Assembly: GCA_041739995.1 (NCBI GenBank)
Contig: JBGSMV010000080.1
Coordinates: 34,738 to 98,737 of the forward strand
Direction: 5' to 3'
Length of the DNA stretch: 64,000 nt
Origin: Bdellovibrionota bacterium
GTDB taxonomy: Bacteria; Bdellovibrionota_C; UBA2361; JBGSMV01
In this document: in pieces, positions 28,372 through 37,471 of the stretch
How positions within the stretch are numbered: the stretch's first letter is position 1
Layout: every line of letters starts with the position of its first letter
Notes under the pieces: model-generated
The model's database searches: none
Told to the model about the DNA's origin: nothing
Seen by the model: only the letters and a program-made list of their open reading frames with translations
Made by a program: the position numbers and the translations under genes

Positions 28372-29496
28372 ATGAATATTCCTACTGGCCTTACCGCGAT
28401 TCCTTTCGGTTCGAAGCTCATTTCTGAAGCAACCCCAACCTTCATTATTGCCGAGATAGGCGTAAACCATAACGGAGATGTTGATCTTGCCCATAGGATG
28501 ATCGACGAAGCGGCGGCTACTGGAGTTGATGCCGTCAAGTTTCAAACTTTCCGTGCTGAGACACTAGTGTCTCGTGATGCCGCAATGGCTGAGTATCAGA
28601 AGAAGAATCTAGGGCACACGGGTACCCAGTTCGAGATGTTGAAAGGACTTGAGCTGCCGCTTGAATCGTATAGCGCGCTCAAGGAGCACGCTGAACGACT
28701 AGGGGTAGTCTTTCTTTCAACTCCATTCGACAAGGGCACTGCTGATTTTTTGAATACACTGGGTGTAGTTGCATTTAAAATCGGCTCCTCGGATACGGAC
28801 AACATCCCTCTACTTAGGCACATTGCTCGGTTCCATAAGCCCATGATTTTATCATCTGGCATGTCCGACATCGAGGAGCTTAGCGCAGCAGTTTCGGAGG
28901 TTTTAGCGTTGAATCAAGCTGTCGTCACACTTCAATGCACCACTGATTATCCTTGCGCTGCTAAGTATGCGCATCTCTCAGCACTTTCAACGATTCGAGA
29001 TCGCTGCAGAACTTTGGTTGGATTTTCCGACCATACTGAGGGCCTCTCTGCTGGGATTGCCGCGGTGGCTCTCGGAGCGGTGGTGATCGAGAAACATTTC
29101 ACCACCGATCGTTCATTGCCTGGGCCAGATCAAGTCGCCTCAAGCGAACCAGCAGAGTTCTCAGCGCTCGTTCAGGGCATCCGCAAGCTAGAAATCGAGG
29201 CTCCTAAGAGACGCCTCGCGCGAGTGAAGGCCTTTCCCGAGTTCGCCGAGTTGCTCGGAGATTCGAGCAAACAAATTGCAAAGAACGTTATTTCTTCGGG
29301 CGTTATGAAAGTTGCGAAGAAAAGTATCGTCGCTGCCTGCCGTATTAGTGTGGGAACTGCTCTCACAGAAGAAATGTTGTGTGTAAAAAGACCGAGCGGT
29401 GGCGTCCGACCGCTTGACTTCAGTCGTCTTCTCGGACGCTGCACCAATCGAGTTATTCAAGTCGACGAGCCCTTGAACTGGGAGGATCTTGTGTAA
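28372..29496 (+). CDS. neuB: N-acetylneuraminate / legionaminate synthase family (NeuB/LegI-like, with C-terminal SAF domain)
   Basis: FIIAEIGVNHNGD...AVKFQTF is the NeuB signature. A C-terminal SAF-like antifreeze-like domain is present. The start was set at the in-frame internal ATG (MNIPTGL), giving ~375 aa, the normal NeuB size. Confidence 0.85.
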   Translation: MNIPTGLTAIPFGSKLISEATPTFIIAEIGVNHNGDVDLAHRMIDEAAATGVDAVKFQTFRAETLVSRDAAMAEYQKKNLGHTGTQFEMLKGLELPLESYSALKEHAERLGVVFLSTPFDKGTADFLNTLGVVAFKIGSSDTDNIPLLRHIARFHKPMILSSGMSDIEELSAAVSEVLALNQAVVTLQCTTDYPCAAKYAHLSALSTIRDRCRTLVGFSDHTEGLSAGIAAVALGAVVIEKHFTTDRSLPGPDQVASSEPAEFSALVQGIRKLEIEAPKRRLARVKAFPEFAELLGDSSKQIAKNVISSGVMKVAKKSIVAACRISVGTALTEEMLCVKRPSGGVRPLDFSRLLGRCTNRVIQVDEPLNWEDLV

Positions 29497-30372
29497 GAGT
29501 GAATCGAAACTCTACTACAAGATTATAGGCCACTAATTACTTCATGAGAGGCTCCCATCTAAACGCTGGGAATGTGCTAAGAGAATCTCTCCCGTAGAAA
29601 GGGTGACTTCTGCCTGGCAGCGCGTCTTTAACTCCCCCCCTGACTCAATTTTAATCTCAAGGTTCGACTTTCCTGCATCAACCCGAGTCTCGATAGCGAG
29701 GTAAATGGGTTGATCAATTCTCCCATTCACATCTCCGTACTCACGCTGCTCTTGGATATTACCATTTACAGAAACGGTGCCGGTATGTTGCAGAGGCGTG
29801 CGCGTACAGATTTCCTTTGGACGCATATGCAAAGGAAGCCCCCTATCTCATCTTCGGCGCGAGGATGACATTGCTCTGAGTTCGAACTTGCGAGAGCCCC
29901 CGCTACTCTGACGAGCGCGAAAGGTAGAATCGTACCGTTGGGAACTTGAGCTACAAACGCGCACAATCCCAATAACATGATTGACATAACGGAAGCTCGA
30001 AGGCGCTTGTTCCAGATGGAACATGTCGCGGACGGGGCTACCCCACTGCGCAATTGAGCACGGAATCCTTCAAGCGCATCGAAAACTCTGCGGCTCTCAG
30101 ATTCGGGAAGGGCAGCCTACTGTGGTCAATGGCTCGATCAAGAAAGGGAGCTCGCTTTTCAAAAATTCGCTCTGCCAAAATCAGATGCTCACACTAACTA
30201 CTATACGAACATCAACCGACTTCGCGAACTAACGCTGTCAATAAAGGATTTCTATGTCTATTATAAGATGCGAGGCTTGTGCTTACGTCTGAAACGCTGA
30301 GATCGACTGAGTAGTTACGACACTAAAAATAGCCCTTTTTGAAGGTAATTAGCTGACTCTGTGATTTCCCAG

Positions 30373-30408
30373 CCTAGGAGCCTGTGTCTGCGTCAGATAA
30401 CTCCTAGG
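30373..30408. promoter_or_regulatory. Perfect 8-bp inverted repeat CCTAGGAG-N20-CTCCTAGG about 50 bp upstream of the Rrf2 regulator gene. It is a candidate operator or RNA hairpin
   Basis: Read directly: cctaggag (30373-30380) and ctcctagg (30401-30408) are exact reverse complements. They are followed by a T-rich stretch and an AT-rich promoter-like region before the ATG at 30459. Confidence 0.35.
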
Positions 30409-30458
30409 ATACTCTTATTTTAAACTACGTATTAGAATCATAGCGCTGAAGGGAAATA

Positions 30459-30842
30459 ATGCTTTCTGTCTCCTCAAAATACGCGATTCAAGCTCTGCTC
30501 ACGCTCGCCAAGCACGAGGACGGTGAGTTTGTGCGCGTGGAGGAGCTCTCCCGAAAATCTAAGATACCTGGCCCCTACCTGTCGAAGATAATGAAGAGCC
30601 TTGCCCAAAAGAAAATCATTGAAAGCAGACGTGGCATTTCTGGAGGAGTTCGACTTCCGCCTACCAAGAGTAATCTAAGTTTCTACGATGTCTGTCTGGC
30701 ACTGAACGAGCCGACACTTAATTCGCAGTGCTTGCTCTCAAAGAGAGGCTGCAACTTACAAAGCCCCTGCGAAATGCATCAACGATGGAGCACGATGCGA
30801 GAGTCCTTTTGTAAATTCCTCAAAGATGCGCGCATCCGTTAG
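30459..30842 (+). CDS. Rrf2-family transcriptional regulator (IscR/NsrR-like)
   Basis: Canonical Rrf2 N-terminus MLSVSSKYAIQALLTLAKH and wHTH ...RGISGGVRL. Three C-terminal Cys (C-x6-C-x5-C: CLLSKRGCNLQSPC) are compatible with an Fe-S-liganding Rrf2. Confidence 0.85.
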   Translation: MLSVSSKYAIQALLTLAKHEDGEFVRVEELSRKSKIPGPYLSKIMKSLAQKKIIESRRGISGGVRLPPTKSNLSFYDVCLALNEPTLNSQCLLSKRGCNLQSPCEMHQRWSTMRESFCKFLKDARIR

Positions 30843-31063
30843 CTACTTGTAGCCAAACAAAGCGCCTGCTGCATATTCCAAACCGCCAGAAGTTGAGTGG
30901 TAAGCTCATGTATAATTTTCTGAGCAATACTTTAATGATCACTTCTCATTGAAAGCGCGCACTTGGCAAACAAAAGAGATATGTATATCTTTTATTTGTT
31001 GCCGACCCAGCTTCCTTCTTTACGAGCCAAGCCTTGAATCCGATAAGCACAGTGAGTATTGAT

Positions 31064-32392
31064 ATGAACTTGTCTTCCATTTCCAGCGCTCTCGCCAGAA
31101 CCCTGTGGGTGCTGGCATTTTCTATAGTTTTCGATACCTCGCAGCTTCACGCTCAAGAAAGACATGAACTCGCACCGGGCGTAACAATCGGAGGCAGTCT
31201 CCGAACCCGTCTTGAGTACAAGTATGACTTTAAGTTTGATGAATCCGCCCCCGGCAACACTGACAACTATTTCCTCTCTCAAGTTCGAGTCAATTTAAAG
31301 TGGGACATCTCGGATGCGTTCTCGGCTTATCTGGAAGGTCAGGACGCAGCAATTCAAGGGTCAAAGTCGATTGATGATGAAGCAACTCCAAATATTTATA
31401 GCGACAGCTTCGACCTCCATCAGGCCTACTTAGATTTTACGCAACCTTCCACCTCCCTGCCTACCGCTGTGCGCGTCGGACGGCAGAAACTAAAGTATGG
31501 TGCAGAGCGGCTATTAGGACCTCTGGAATGGGTAAACACAGCTCGTGTGTTTGACGCCGCGAAGTTCACGTTGGGCGATGTAAGCGCACGCTCTGCTGAC
31601 GTGTTCGCCTCGCGAGTAGTTCCAGTCGACCCAGAGGATTTCAACGATTGGGGACCAACGGTGAACAGATACGCCAACAGCTCCTTGTACGGCGTCTATT
31701 ATACTGACTATGCACTGATCGAATCGTCAGTTCTTGAGGGTTACTATCTTCTACGATACGAGAGCGATATCGATGATGAAGTTCACACCATCGGCAGCAG
31801 GTATGCGGGAACATGGGAGCAATGGGATCTGGACGGTGACATCTCATACCAATCCGGTCGATTTGGAGGTCTAGACCACAGCGCCTTTGCGACTCATGTC
31901 GGAGCAGGATTTACCTTCTGCCCCTGCAACAAGTCACGTCTCGGGGTCACCTATAACTACGCCAGTGGTGATGACGATCCGACTGACTCCGACCATGGAA
32001 CTTTCGACAACCTCTTTCCGACCAATCATGCGTTCTACGGCTATATGGACTTCTTTTCTCTCCAGAATATGCACAACGTGGAGTTAACCTATTCGGTAAG
32101 TCCCGTTGAAGATTTGAACTTGAGAGCGGCATGGCAGAATTTCTGGCTAGCCGAGGCTGATAGCGATTCCTGGTACAATGCAAGTCTTGGTACCGTACGC
32201 ACACCGGATGGCAGCGATAATGATTCCTATGTTGGTAGTGAAATCGATTTAACTGCCGCTTATCCCATTTGGAAAAAGCGTCTTAACTTCCTGGTCGGGT
32301 ACAGTCACTTCTTCACTGGTGCCTACGTGAGCGATACCGGTAGTAGCCAAGATGCTGACTTCGTATACTTTCAGGCCAAGCTGGCCCTTTAG
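31064..32392 (+). CDS. Putative outer-membrane beta-barrel protein (porin / alginate-export-like)
   Basis: N-terminal signal peptide (LARTLWVLAFSIVFDTSQLHA). It is rich in alternating aromatic/Gly/Asp/Ser and has a C-terminal aromatic-containing end (FVYFQAKLAL). Confidence 0.45.
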   Translation: MNLSSISSALARTLWVLAFSIVFDTSQLHAQERHELAPGVTIGGSLRTRLEYKYDFKFDESAPGNTDNYFLSQVRVNLKWDISDAFSAYLEGQDAAIQGSKSIDDEATPNIYSDSFDLHQAYLDFTQPSTSLPTAVRVGRQKLKYGAERLLGPLEWVNTARVFDAAKFTLGDVSARSADVFASRVVPVDPEDFNDWGPTVNRYANSSLYGVYYTDYALIESSVLEGYYLLRYESDIDDEVHTIGSRYAGTWEQWDLDGDISYQSGRFGGLDHSAFATHVGAGFTFCPCNKSRLGVTYNYASGDDDPTDSDHGTFDNLFPTNHAFYGYMDFFSLQNMHNVELTYSVSPVEDLNLRAAWQNFWLAEADSDSWYNASLGTVRTPDGSDNDSYVGSEIDLTAAYPIWKKRLNFLVGYSHFFTGAYVSDTGSSQDADFVYFQAKLAL

Positions 32393-32464
32393 TCGGAATT
32401 TTTCCGCACCCTAAGGCCTAACTCCTTGCATACTGCTGTGCCCTCTCAGTAGTCTCGCTGGCCT

Positions 32465-33748
32465 ATGAGAATCCTTTGGATCTGCTTTGTCTGGCCAGAA
32501 CCCACGTCCTCAGCTGCTGGATTTCGCACCTTACAGCTCATGCAGGCATGCAAGTATGCGGGCTACGAGGTGCGTGCACTTTCCTCATGCAAAGACAATT
32601 CGCATCGAGAGGCTCTGGAGCAGTTCGGCGTTCCTACTTTTCAGTGCGATCCAAATGACTCACGCTTTGATGCAGAATTGCTGGAATATCGTCCCGACAT
32701 CGTCATTTTCGACCGCTTCATGCTAGAAGAACAGTTCGGCTGGCGCGTCCGACAGCATTGCCCTGATGCTGTGCGGGTGCTCGACACTGTAGATCTGCAT
32801 GCGCTACGAAGATCGCGACAGAAGAAAATCGAGAATGGCGAAAGCTCTTGCACGCTATCTTCCGAGGATTTTCAGTCCGAAGATGCGCTCCGTGAAGTTT
32901 CTGCTATTTTTCGAAGTGACCTTTCTTTGCTCGTTTCGAACTTTGAGCGATCGCTTCTTTCTTCGCGCTATCAAGTGCCAGAGGAAATGCTTTCGCTAAC
33001 CCGCATGCACTACCGTACTCCAGAGAACCAACATGATTTCGAACAGCGTAACAATTTCGTAACGATCGGCAATTTTCGTCATGCACCCAATGCGGACAGC
33101 TACCGGGTGTTGCACCAAAAGATTTGGAAGCCGCTTCGTCGTGCTCTATCAGATCTTGGGCTGCCAGGCGTTGAACTGCATATATATGGTGCGTATCCCA
33201 CTAGAGAATTTCTTGATCTTGATGACCCTTCCACCGGATTTCGCGTATTGGGCTGGGTCCCCAACGCGCAAGAAACACTTTCGCGTTACAGAGTTAATTT
33301 GGCTCCGCTGCGCTTTGGAGCAGGAATCAAGGGCAAGATTTCTGACGGCTGGGCGGTCGGAACGCCGTGCGTTGGCACCTCCATAGCGGCAGAAGGAATG
33401 TGCGAAAATCTTGAATTTGGTGGGTTGATTTCTGACGAGTGGGATAATTTCATCACCTCAGCAGCTCTACTTTATGCAGAGCGCGCTGAGTGGGTTCAAG
33501 CCCAGGCCCGCGGAAACACCATCATTGAGTCGCTCTATAGTGAAGGGACAACTATCCCAGCTATGTTAAACGCCTTAACCGGCGCACTCGCGGCACGAGA
33601 GCAACGAAGAAGTCGCAACATGATTGGTGCCATGCTCTGGCAGAATCAATTAAGAAGCACCGAATATTTCTCACGCTGGATTGAAGTTAAAAAACTCCTC
33701 GCAACTCCGCCGTCTCAAGCACCAAAGACAGAATCTCTCCGCGATTAG
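32465..33748 (+). CDS. Glycosyltransferase, GT-B fold (GT4-like)
   Basis: N-terminal MRILWICFVWPEPTSSAAG and the C-terminal donor-binding-like GAGIKGKISDGWAVGTPCVGT resemble the GT4 EX7E region. 427 aa. Confidence 0.5.
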   Translation: MRILWICFVWPEPTSSAAGFRTLQLMQACKYAGYEVRALSSCKDNSHREALEQFGVPTFQCDPNDSRFDAELLEYRPDIVIFDRFMLEEQFGWRVRQHCPDAVRVLDTVDLHALRRSRQKKIENGESSCTLSSEDFQSEDALREVSAIFRSDLSLLVSNFERSLLSSRYQVPEEMLSLTRMHYRTPENQHDFEQRNNFVTIGNFRHAPNADSYRVLHQKIWKPLRRALSDLGLPGVELHIYGAYPTREFLDLDDPSTGFRVLGWVPNAQETLSRYRVNLAPLRFGAGIKGKISDGWAVGTPCVGTSIAAEGMCENLEFGGLISDEWDNFITSAALLYAERAEWVQAQARGNTIIESLYSEGTTIPAMLNALTGALAAREQRRSRNMIGAMLWQNQLRSTEYFSRWIEVKKLLATPPSQAPKTESLRD

Positions 33749-33794
33749 GAGACCCTTATCCACAAGGCACTTTCCCCAAGTACTGAGACTCAAG

Positions 33795-35168
33795 TCATGT
33801 ACGCTTCGTCCCCAAAAGGTTCACAGCGAACACCAGCATAGCACTTAGACCTAGCGTTCCTGACATAGCGAAAATTTCCCGGGGCAACCTTATCTCATAC
33901 TCGCCAAGCGTCAAAGGTACGGTACGAGTCAGCGCAGAAGCGAACAGCAAGCAGAATGCTACAAGCGTAAGCCGAGGATTTATAAGTTTGCGGTGCAAGA
34001 GGTTGGGGAGCAGACGATGCCCTACCCCAAACACTAAATGCGCCGCAAATCCAAGCAGAAGGATGTGTCGAATGACTTGCGGCGAAACGACTTCCCGTGA
34101 TCCGACAAGGAACGCCAAGGAATTCGCTATTTCCAGACAAGCCACTAAGGCCAGCCACATGAATCCAGCGATGGCAAAAAGCTCGAATCTTCCGTACTCA
34201 CCTCGGTCACCAAATCGCCCGCGGTGAGTTGCCGCATCGCTTCTAAAGACCTTAAGAGAAATGCGTTCAGGGCGCACGCGAAAAAGTAGTGCGTCTAGCT
34301 CCCAGATGTACCAGAGCATTGTGACGGAAAGGAACATGGAAGCCCATGCCGCAACAGTTTCGGGCCAGAACAGATCGGGTTGAAGAAGCCCTATGAATCG
34401 GCAAAATAGGAGTCCAAGCGTACTCGCCGCCAACATCCACCCTATGTCGCGCACGGGCCAAAGTGGTGCGCGAAGTCCAAGGAACACCGGCAGCATCTTC
34501 ACTCCAAAACCCAGAATGCCCATCACAAGCACAAGGCGAAGAAAGGCTTCTATCTGAAATGCGGTCCACAGAGGTGAAATTAACCCGGCACTCACAAGGG
34601 CTGCGGCAGTGATAATCAAATCGCTCCCGACGAACACCAACCAACCGATCGCCATTGAGAGTAGAAATGGCAAGAGCCTAAGCACATCACTTCTATCGAT
34701 TTTCGCGAGGCGCACACCGGATACGACAAAGTGTAAATATGCTCCCACCGCGAGCGCCTGAAACACCGCACCCGTAAAGGTCAGCGCACCACAGAAAAGG
34801 CGCTGCTCAAGCGGCAAATATCCTTCCGCTACTGGAGCAAGAGTACGAAGCAGCACTCCCACTACCGCAAATCGAAATATCCAAACAATTTGATTTCTGG
34901 AGCCGGAAGGATTGCTCGTCATGCGCGGTAGAACATATAAGCTCACGCCTATCAGCAGCATTCCCATCCACCCAAAAATCTGCAGATGTCCGTGGGCTTG
35001 AATCAGTGCGAGAAGACTTGGACCTGAAGAAACCCCATACGCGAACACGTACGAAAGATGCCCCGCAAGTCCAAAGCCTCCCAGAATCGCAATGAGAAAC
35101 GAGGCCCATATAAATGGTGGATATAGATCAGGGTAGCGCGCAGCCGCGCCTGGAGAAGAGTGAGGCAT
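33795..35168 (-). CDS. Polytopic inner-membrane protein (>=12 predicted TM helices), possibly NnrS family (NO-response, haem-copper membrane protein)
   Basis: 457 aa with almost continuous hydrophobic segments and conserved-looking His (AHGHLQIFGW). The NnrS assignment is tentative and rests on context (Rrf2 regulator and Dps nearby). Confidence 0.35.
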   Translation of the reverse strand: MPHSSPGAAARYPDLYPPFIWASFLIAILGGFGLAGHLSYVFAYGVSSGPSLLALIQAHGHLQIFGWMGMLLIGVSLYVLPRMTSNPSGSRNQIVWIFRFAVVGVLLRTLAPVAEGYLPLEQRLFCGALTFTGAVFQALAVGAYLHFVVSGVRLAKIDRSDVLRLLPFLLSMAIGWLVFVGSDLIITAAALVSAGLISPLWTAFQIEAFLRLVLVMGILGFGVKMLPVFLGLRAPLWPVRDIGWMLAASTLGLLFCRFIGLLQPDLFWPETVAAWASMFLSVTMLWYIWELDALLFRVRPERISLKVFRSDAATHRGRFGDRGEYGRFELFAIAGFMWLALVACLEIANSLAFLVGSREVVSPQVIRHILLLGFAAHLVFGVGHRLLPNLLHRKLINPRLTLVAFCLLFASALTRTVPLTLGEYEIRLPREIFAMSGTLGLSAMLVFAVNLLGTKRT

Positions 35169-35274
35169 AGGTCCCAGTATTTAATGGATACTAGACGTTC
35201 CGTCTATGTTTTCGCCACCTCAGCTCGACCCAAAGGCTCAGACTCCGCAAATCAACCTCCCACACTTCCTAAAA

Positions 35275-35775
35275 CTAATTCTTTAGTTCTGGATGATCAT
35301 TCTCTGCACGTGAGAGTGAGCTACGGAACATCCAAAGCGCTTTTTCTAGAATCGCGAGGTGAGTAGTCAACATGTCCGAGGTCACTGGATCTACCAATAG
35401 CTCTGCACTCTCTCGTGTCTTGGCGGCATGCTCGCGTACCACCACACAACAAGTAATCAGATCATCAAGCATCGCGTCCGCATCCAATGGCATTCCTCTA
35501 CCGGCAATCGTTGAAAGCTCGTTAAGCGTTTCTAGGCCCACGGGCGCATAAGCGCCAAGGGCTCGAATTCGCTCCCCCACCACATCAACCTCTTCCCACA
35601 ACTCTTTGTAAAAGTTCTCGAACATCGCATGTGCTGCGTGAAACTGCGGACCCTCTACGTTCCAGTGAAATCCCTGGAGTCGAATAACCAGGTTGTACAA
35701 ATGCGCGAGGTGTACGCCGAGCGAATCTGCTAGCTCGCTATGAATCTCTTTCCTGCCTGCAACAATCTTCTGCAT
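35275..35775 (-). CDS. dps: Dps (DNA-binding ferritin-like protein from starved cells)
   Basis: HLYNLVIRLQGFHWNVEGPQFHAAHAMFE...EEVD carries the Dps ferroxidase-centre residues (H..W..G..F...H...E....D/E). 166 aa. Confidence 0.85.
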   Translation of the reverse strand: MQKIVAGRKEIHSELADSLGVHLAHLYNLVIRLQGFHWNVEGPQFHAAHAMFENFYKELWEEVDVVGERIRALGAYAPVGLETLNELSTIAGRGMPLDADAMLDDLITCCVVVREHAAKTRESAELLVDPVTSDMLTTHLAILEKALWMFRSSLSRAENDHPELKN

Positions 35776-35982
35776 GCTTCCTCCTTACCCGCTTTCCACG
35801 AGTCTTAATAATATCTATTCGTGCCAAACCAAGCTTTGAGCTTAGTGGCCAAGAATTAAAATCTTTTCGTCAGGCAACAGACATAAGTAGCCGTACAGTC
35901 GAGGGAGCATTCCTGACCGCAATGCGCTTGGCGAATCTCGTTGAGCCTTCTTCCAATCTCTAATATATCACACTTTTGGCCG

Positions 35983-35998
35983 AAAATCTCGAGATTTT
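35983..35998. promoter_or_regulatory. 16-bp perfect palindrome AAAATCTCGAGATTTT in the divergent dps / 36099-gene promoter region. It is a candidate transcription-factor operator
   Basis: Read directly. It is exactly self-complementary and embedded in AT-rich DNA ~200 bp upstream of dps and ~100 bp upstream of the 36099 ORF. Confidence 0.35.
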
Positions 35999-36098
35999 GT
36001 GATCCGCTCTCAAGGGTCAAGAATGTGCTTTGTTAGTTTGTAATTCTTCTTTACATTGAATTTATCAAAGGTCACACAGCTTAAAGCGAGAAATTTGA

Positions 36099-37433
36099 AT
36101 GCACTCGAATCTTGGCACGAACGGCTCTCCAAAGTCCCCCGCTCAGAAACTTCCGCCCTGGTCTCAAAATATCTCTGCCGCTCTTCCCTCAATTCCCAAT
36201 GATTCACCACGGTCAGACGAAACTCCTCTCGAATCCGAGAAAAGTCTTGGCTTCGCTGAACATGTGGTCGCAAAGAGCTCAATACCCTCACAGACCGAAA
36301 TTGCTGATTATTTGGCAATTTCTAAAAAGATTGCGACCTCTACAAAGGTGTCTTCTCAAGAACTTGTTGATTCAACTCGTGCTGCCTTCGAAATGCGGTC
36401 GCGCCTCAGTGGTGATTCTGGTTCCGGCGGAATCGCACTATTGGAACTAAGACAAGGATGGGCGAAACAAGTGGCTGAAGCTCTCCCTCAGATCACCACC
36501 TCCATCGAAATGATGTATCAAGAAGCGCCTTCAAAGGTGATTGAGGCCATAGCTAACGATTTTCTTTCCAGGATCAATGAACGCGCTCCCAATCTCGCAG
36601 AACCGCACTCCGCAAGTGCGATCAGCTCTTGTCTTGAACAGACCAGACTCATGGTCATTTTCGCAGGCAGAGCACTGAAGAGTGAAGACCATGTTCAGAG
36701 CGCTCTCTCAGGCCTTCAGGAACGCTCCTTTGTCAGTGATGGCTCCCAAACTCCCGCCGCGAATGCAAAGGAAAAAAGTGCCGAAGATCGGCGCTCTTCT
36801 TTCGAATCACGACAAGCTCAGAAAGCCGCGCAGAGTGCTGCTAAAAAGGCAGCGCTTCAAGCAGGTCAAGCGCTTCCCGTAAAAGATGCTCCTCCGCCAA
36901 TAGTAAAAGACGATGAGAAATCCGAACTGCTTGCCTCCACCGCCGCCCAACACCGAGGGAACTTTGACGATGCTCGTCCCAGCGACCAACAAAAACACTT
37001 GCTTCGACAGCGCGGACAAAAGGAGCTCGAGCGCACACTCGCCGACCGCCTTCGTAGCCCTAAAGGAGCGGAGCGAGAGAAGGAACTGGAAACTACCAGA
37101 ATTGAACTGACTAATGTGTTGGCAACCAGACTCAAAGACTGGTTCTCGACTGAGATTCAGCTGGGAAAGCATCTTGGGAAGTCGGCGATCGGCCCAGCTG
37201 ATATTTCAAAGGATGTGCACTCAGCAAATGCTCGGCGTGCGGAGATCGAGACTCACCTGTCTGCCATCAAGGCTCTTCATCAGCAGATAGAAGCTGATCT
37301 TCGACGCTCTGCGCGTGTTGCTGAGACTCATAAAGACAAGCTTGTAGGCGCATTCAGCCTCCAAGAATTTAAGCTCTTAGACGAGATCTTGAACCCGCCT
37401 AAGCCAAAAGAGACCTTCGAACTGGCGGATTGA
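36099..37433 (+). CDS. Hypothetical 444-aa low-complexity, charged, coiled-coil-like protein with no signal peptide
   Basis: Long ORF biased to Ala/Lys/Glu/Ser/Gln with predicted long helices and no recognisable domain. Confidence 0.4.
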   Translation: MHSNLGTNGSPKSPAQKLPPWSQNISAALPSIPNDSPRSDETPLESEKSLGFAEHVVAKSSIPSQTEIADYLAISKKIATSTKVSSQELVDSTRAAFEMRSRLSGDSGSGGIALLELRQGWAKQVAEALPQITTSIEMMYQEAPSKVIEAIANDFLSRINERAPNLAEPHSASAISSCLEQTRLMVIFAGRALKSEDHVQSALSGLQERSFVSDGSQTPAANAKEKSAEDRRSSFESRQAQKAAQSAAKKAALQAGQALPVKDAPPPIVKDDEKSELLASTAAQHRGNFDDARPSDQQKHLLRQRGQKELERTLADRLRSPKGAEREKELETTRIELTNVLATRLKDWFSTEIQLGKHLGKSAIGPADISKDVHSANARRAEIETHLSAIKALHQQIEADLRRSARVAETHKDKLVGAFSLQEFKLLDEILNPPKPKETFELAD

Positions 37434-37471
37434 AGATGAGGCTTTTGCGAGTTAACTGACGTCGCGACAGT

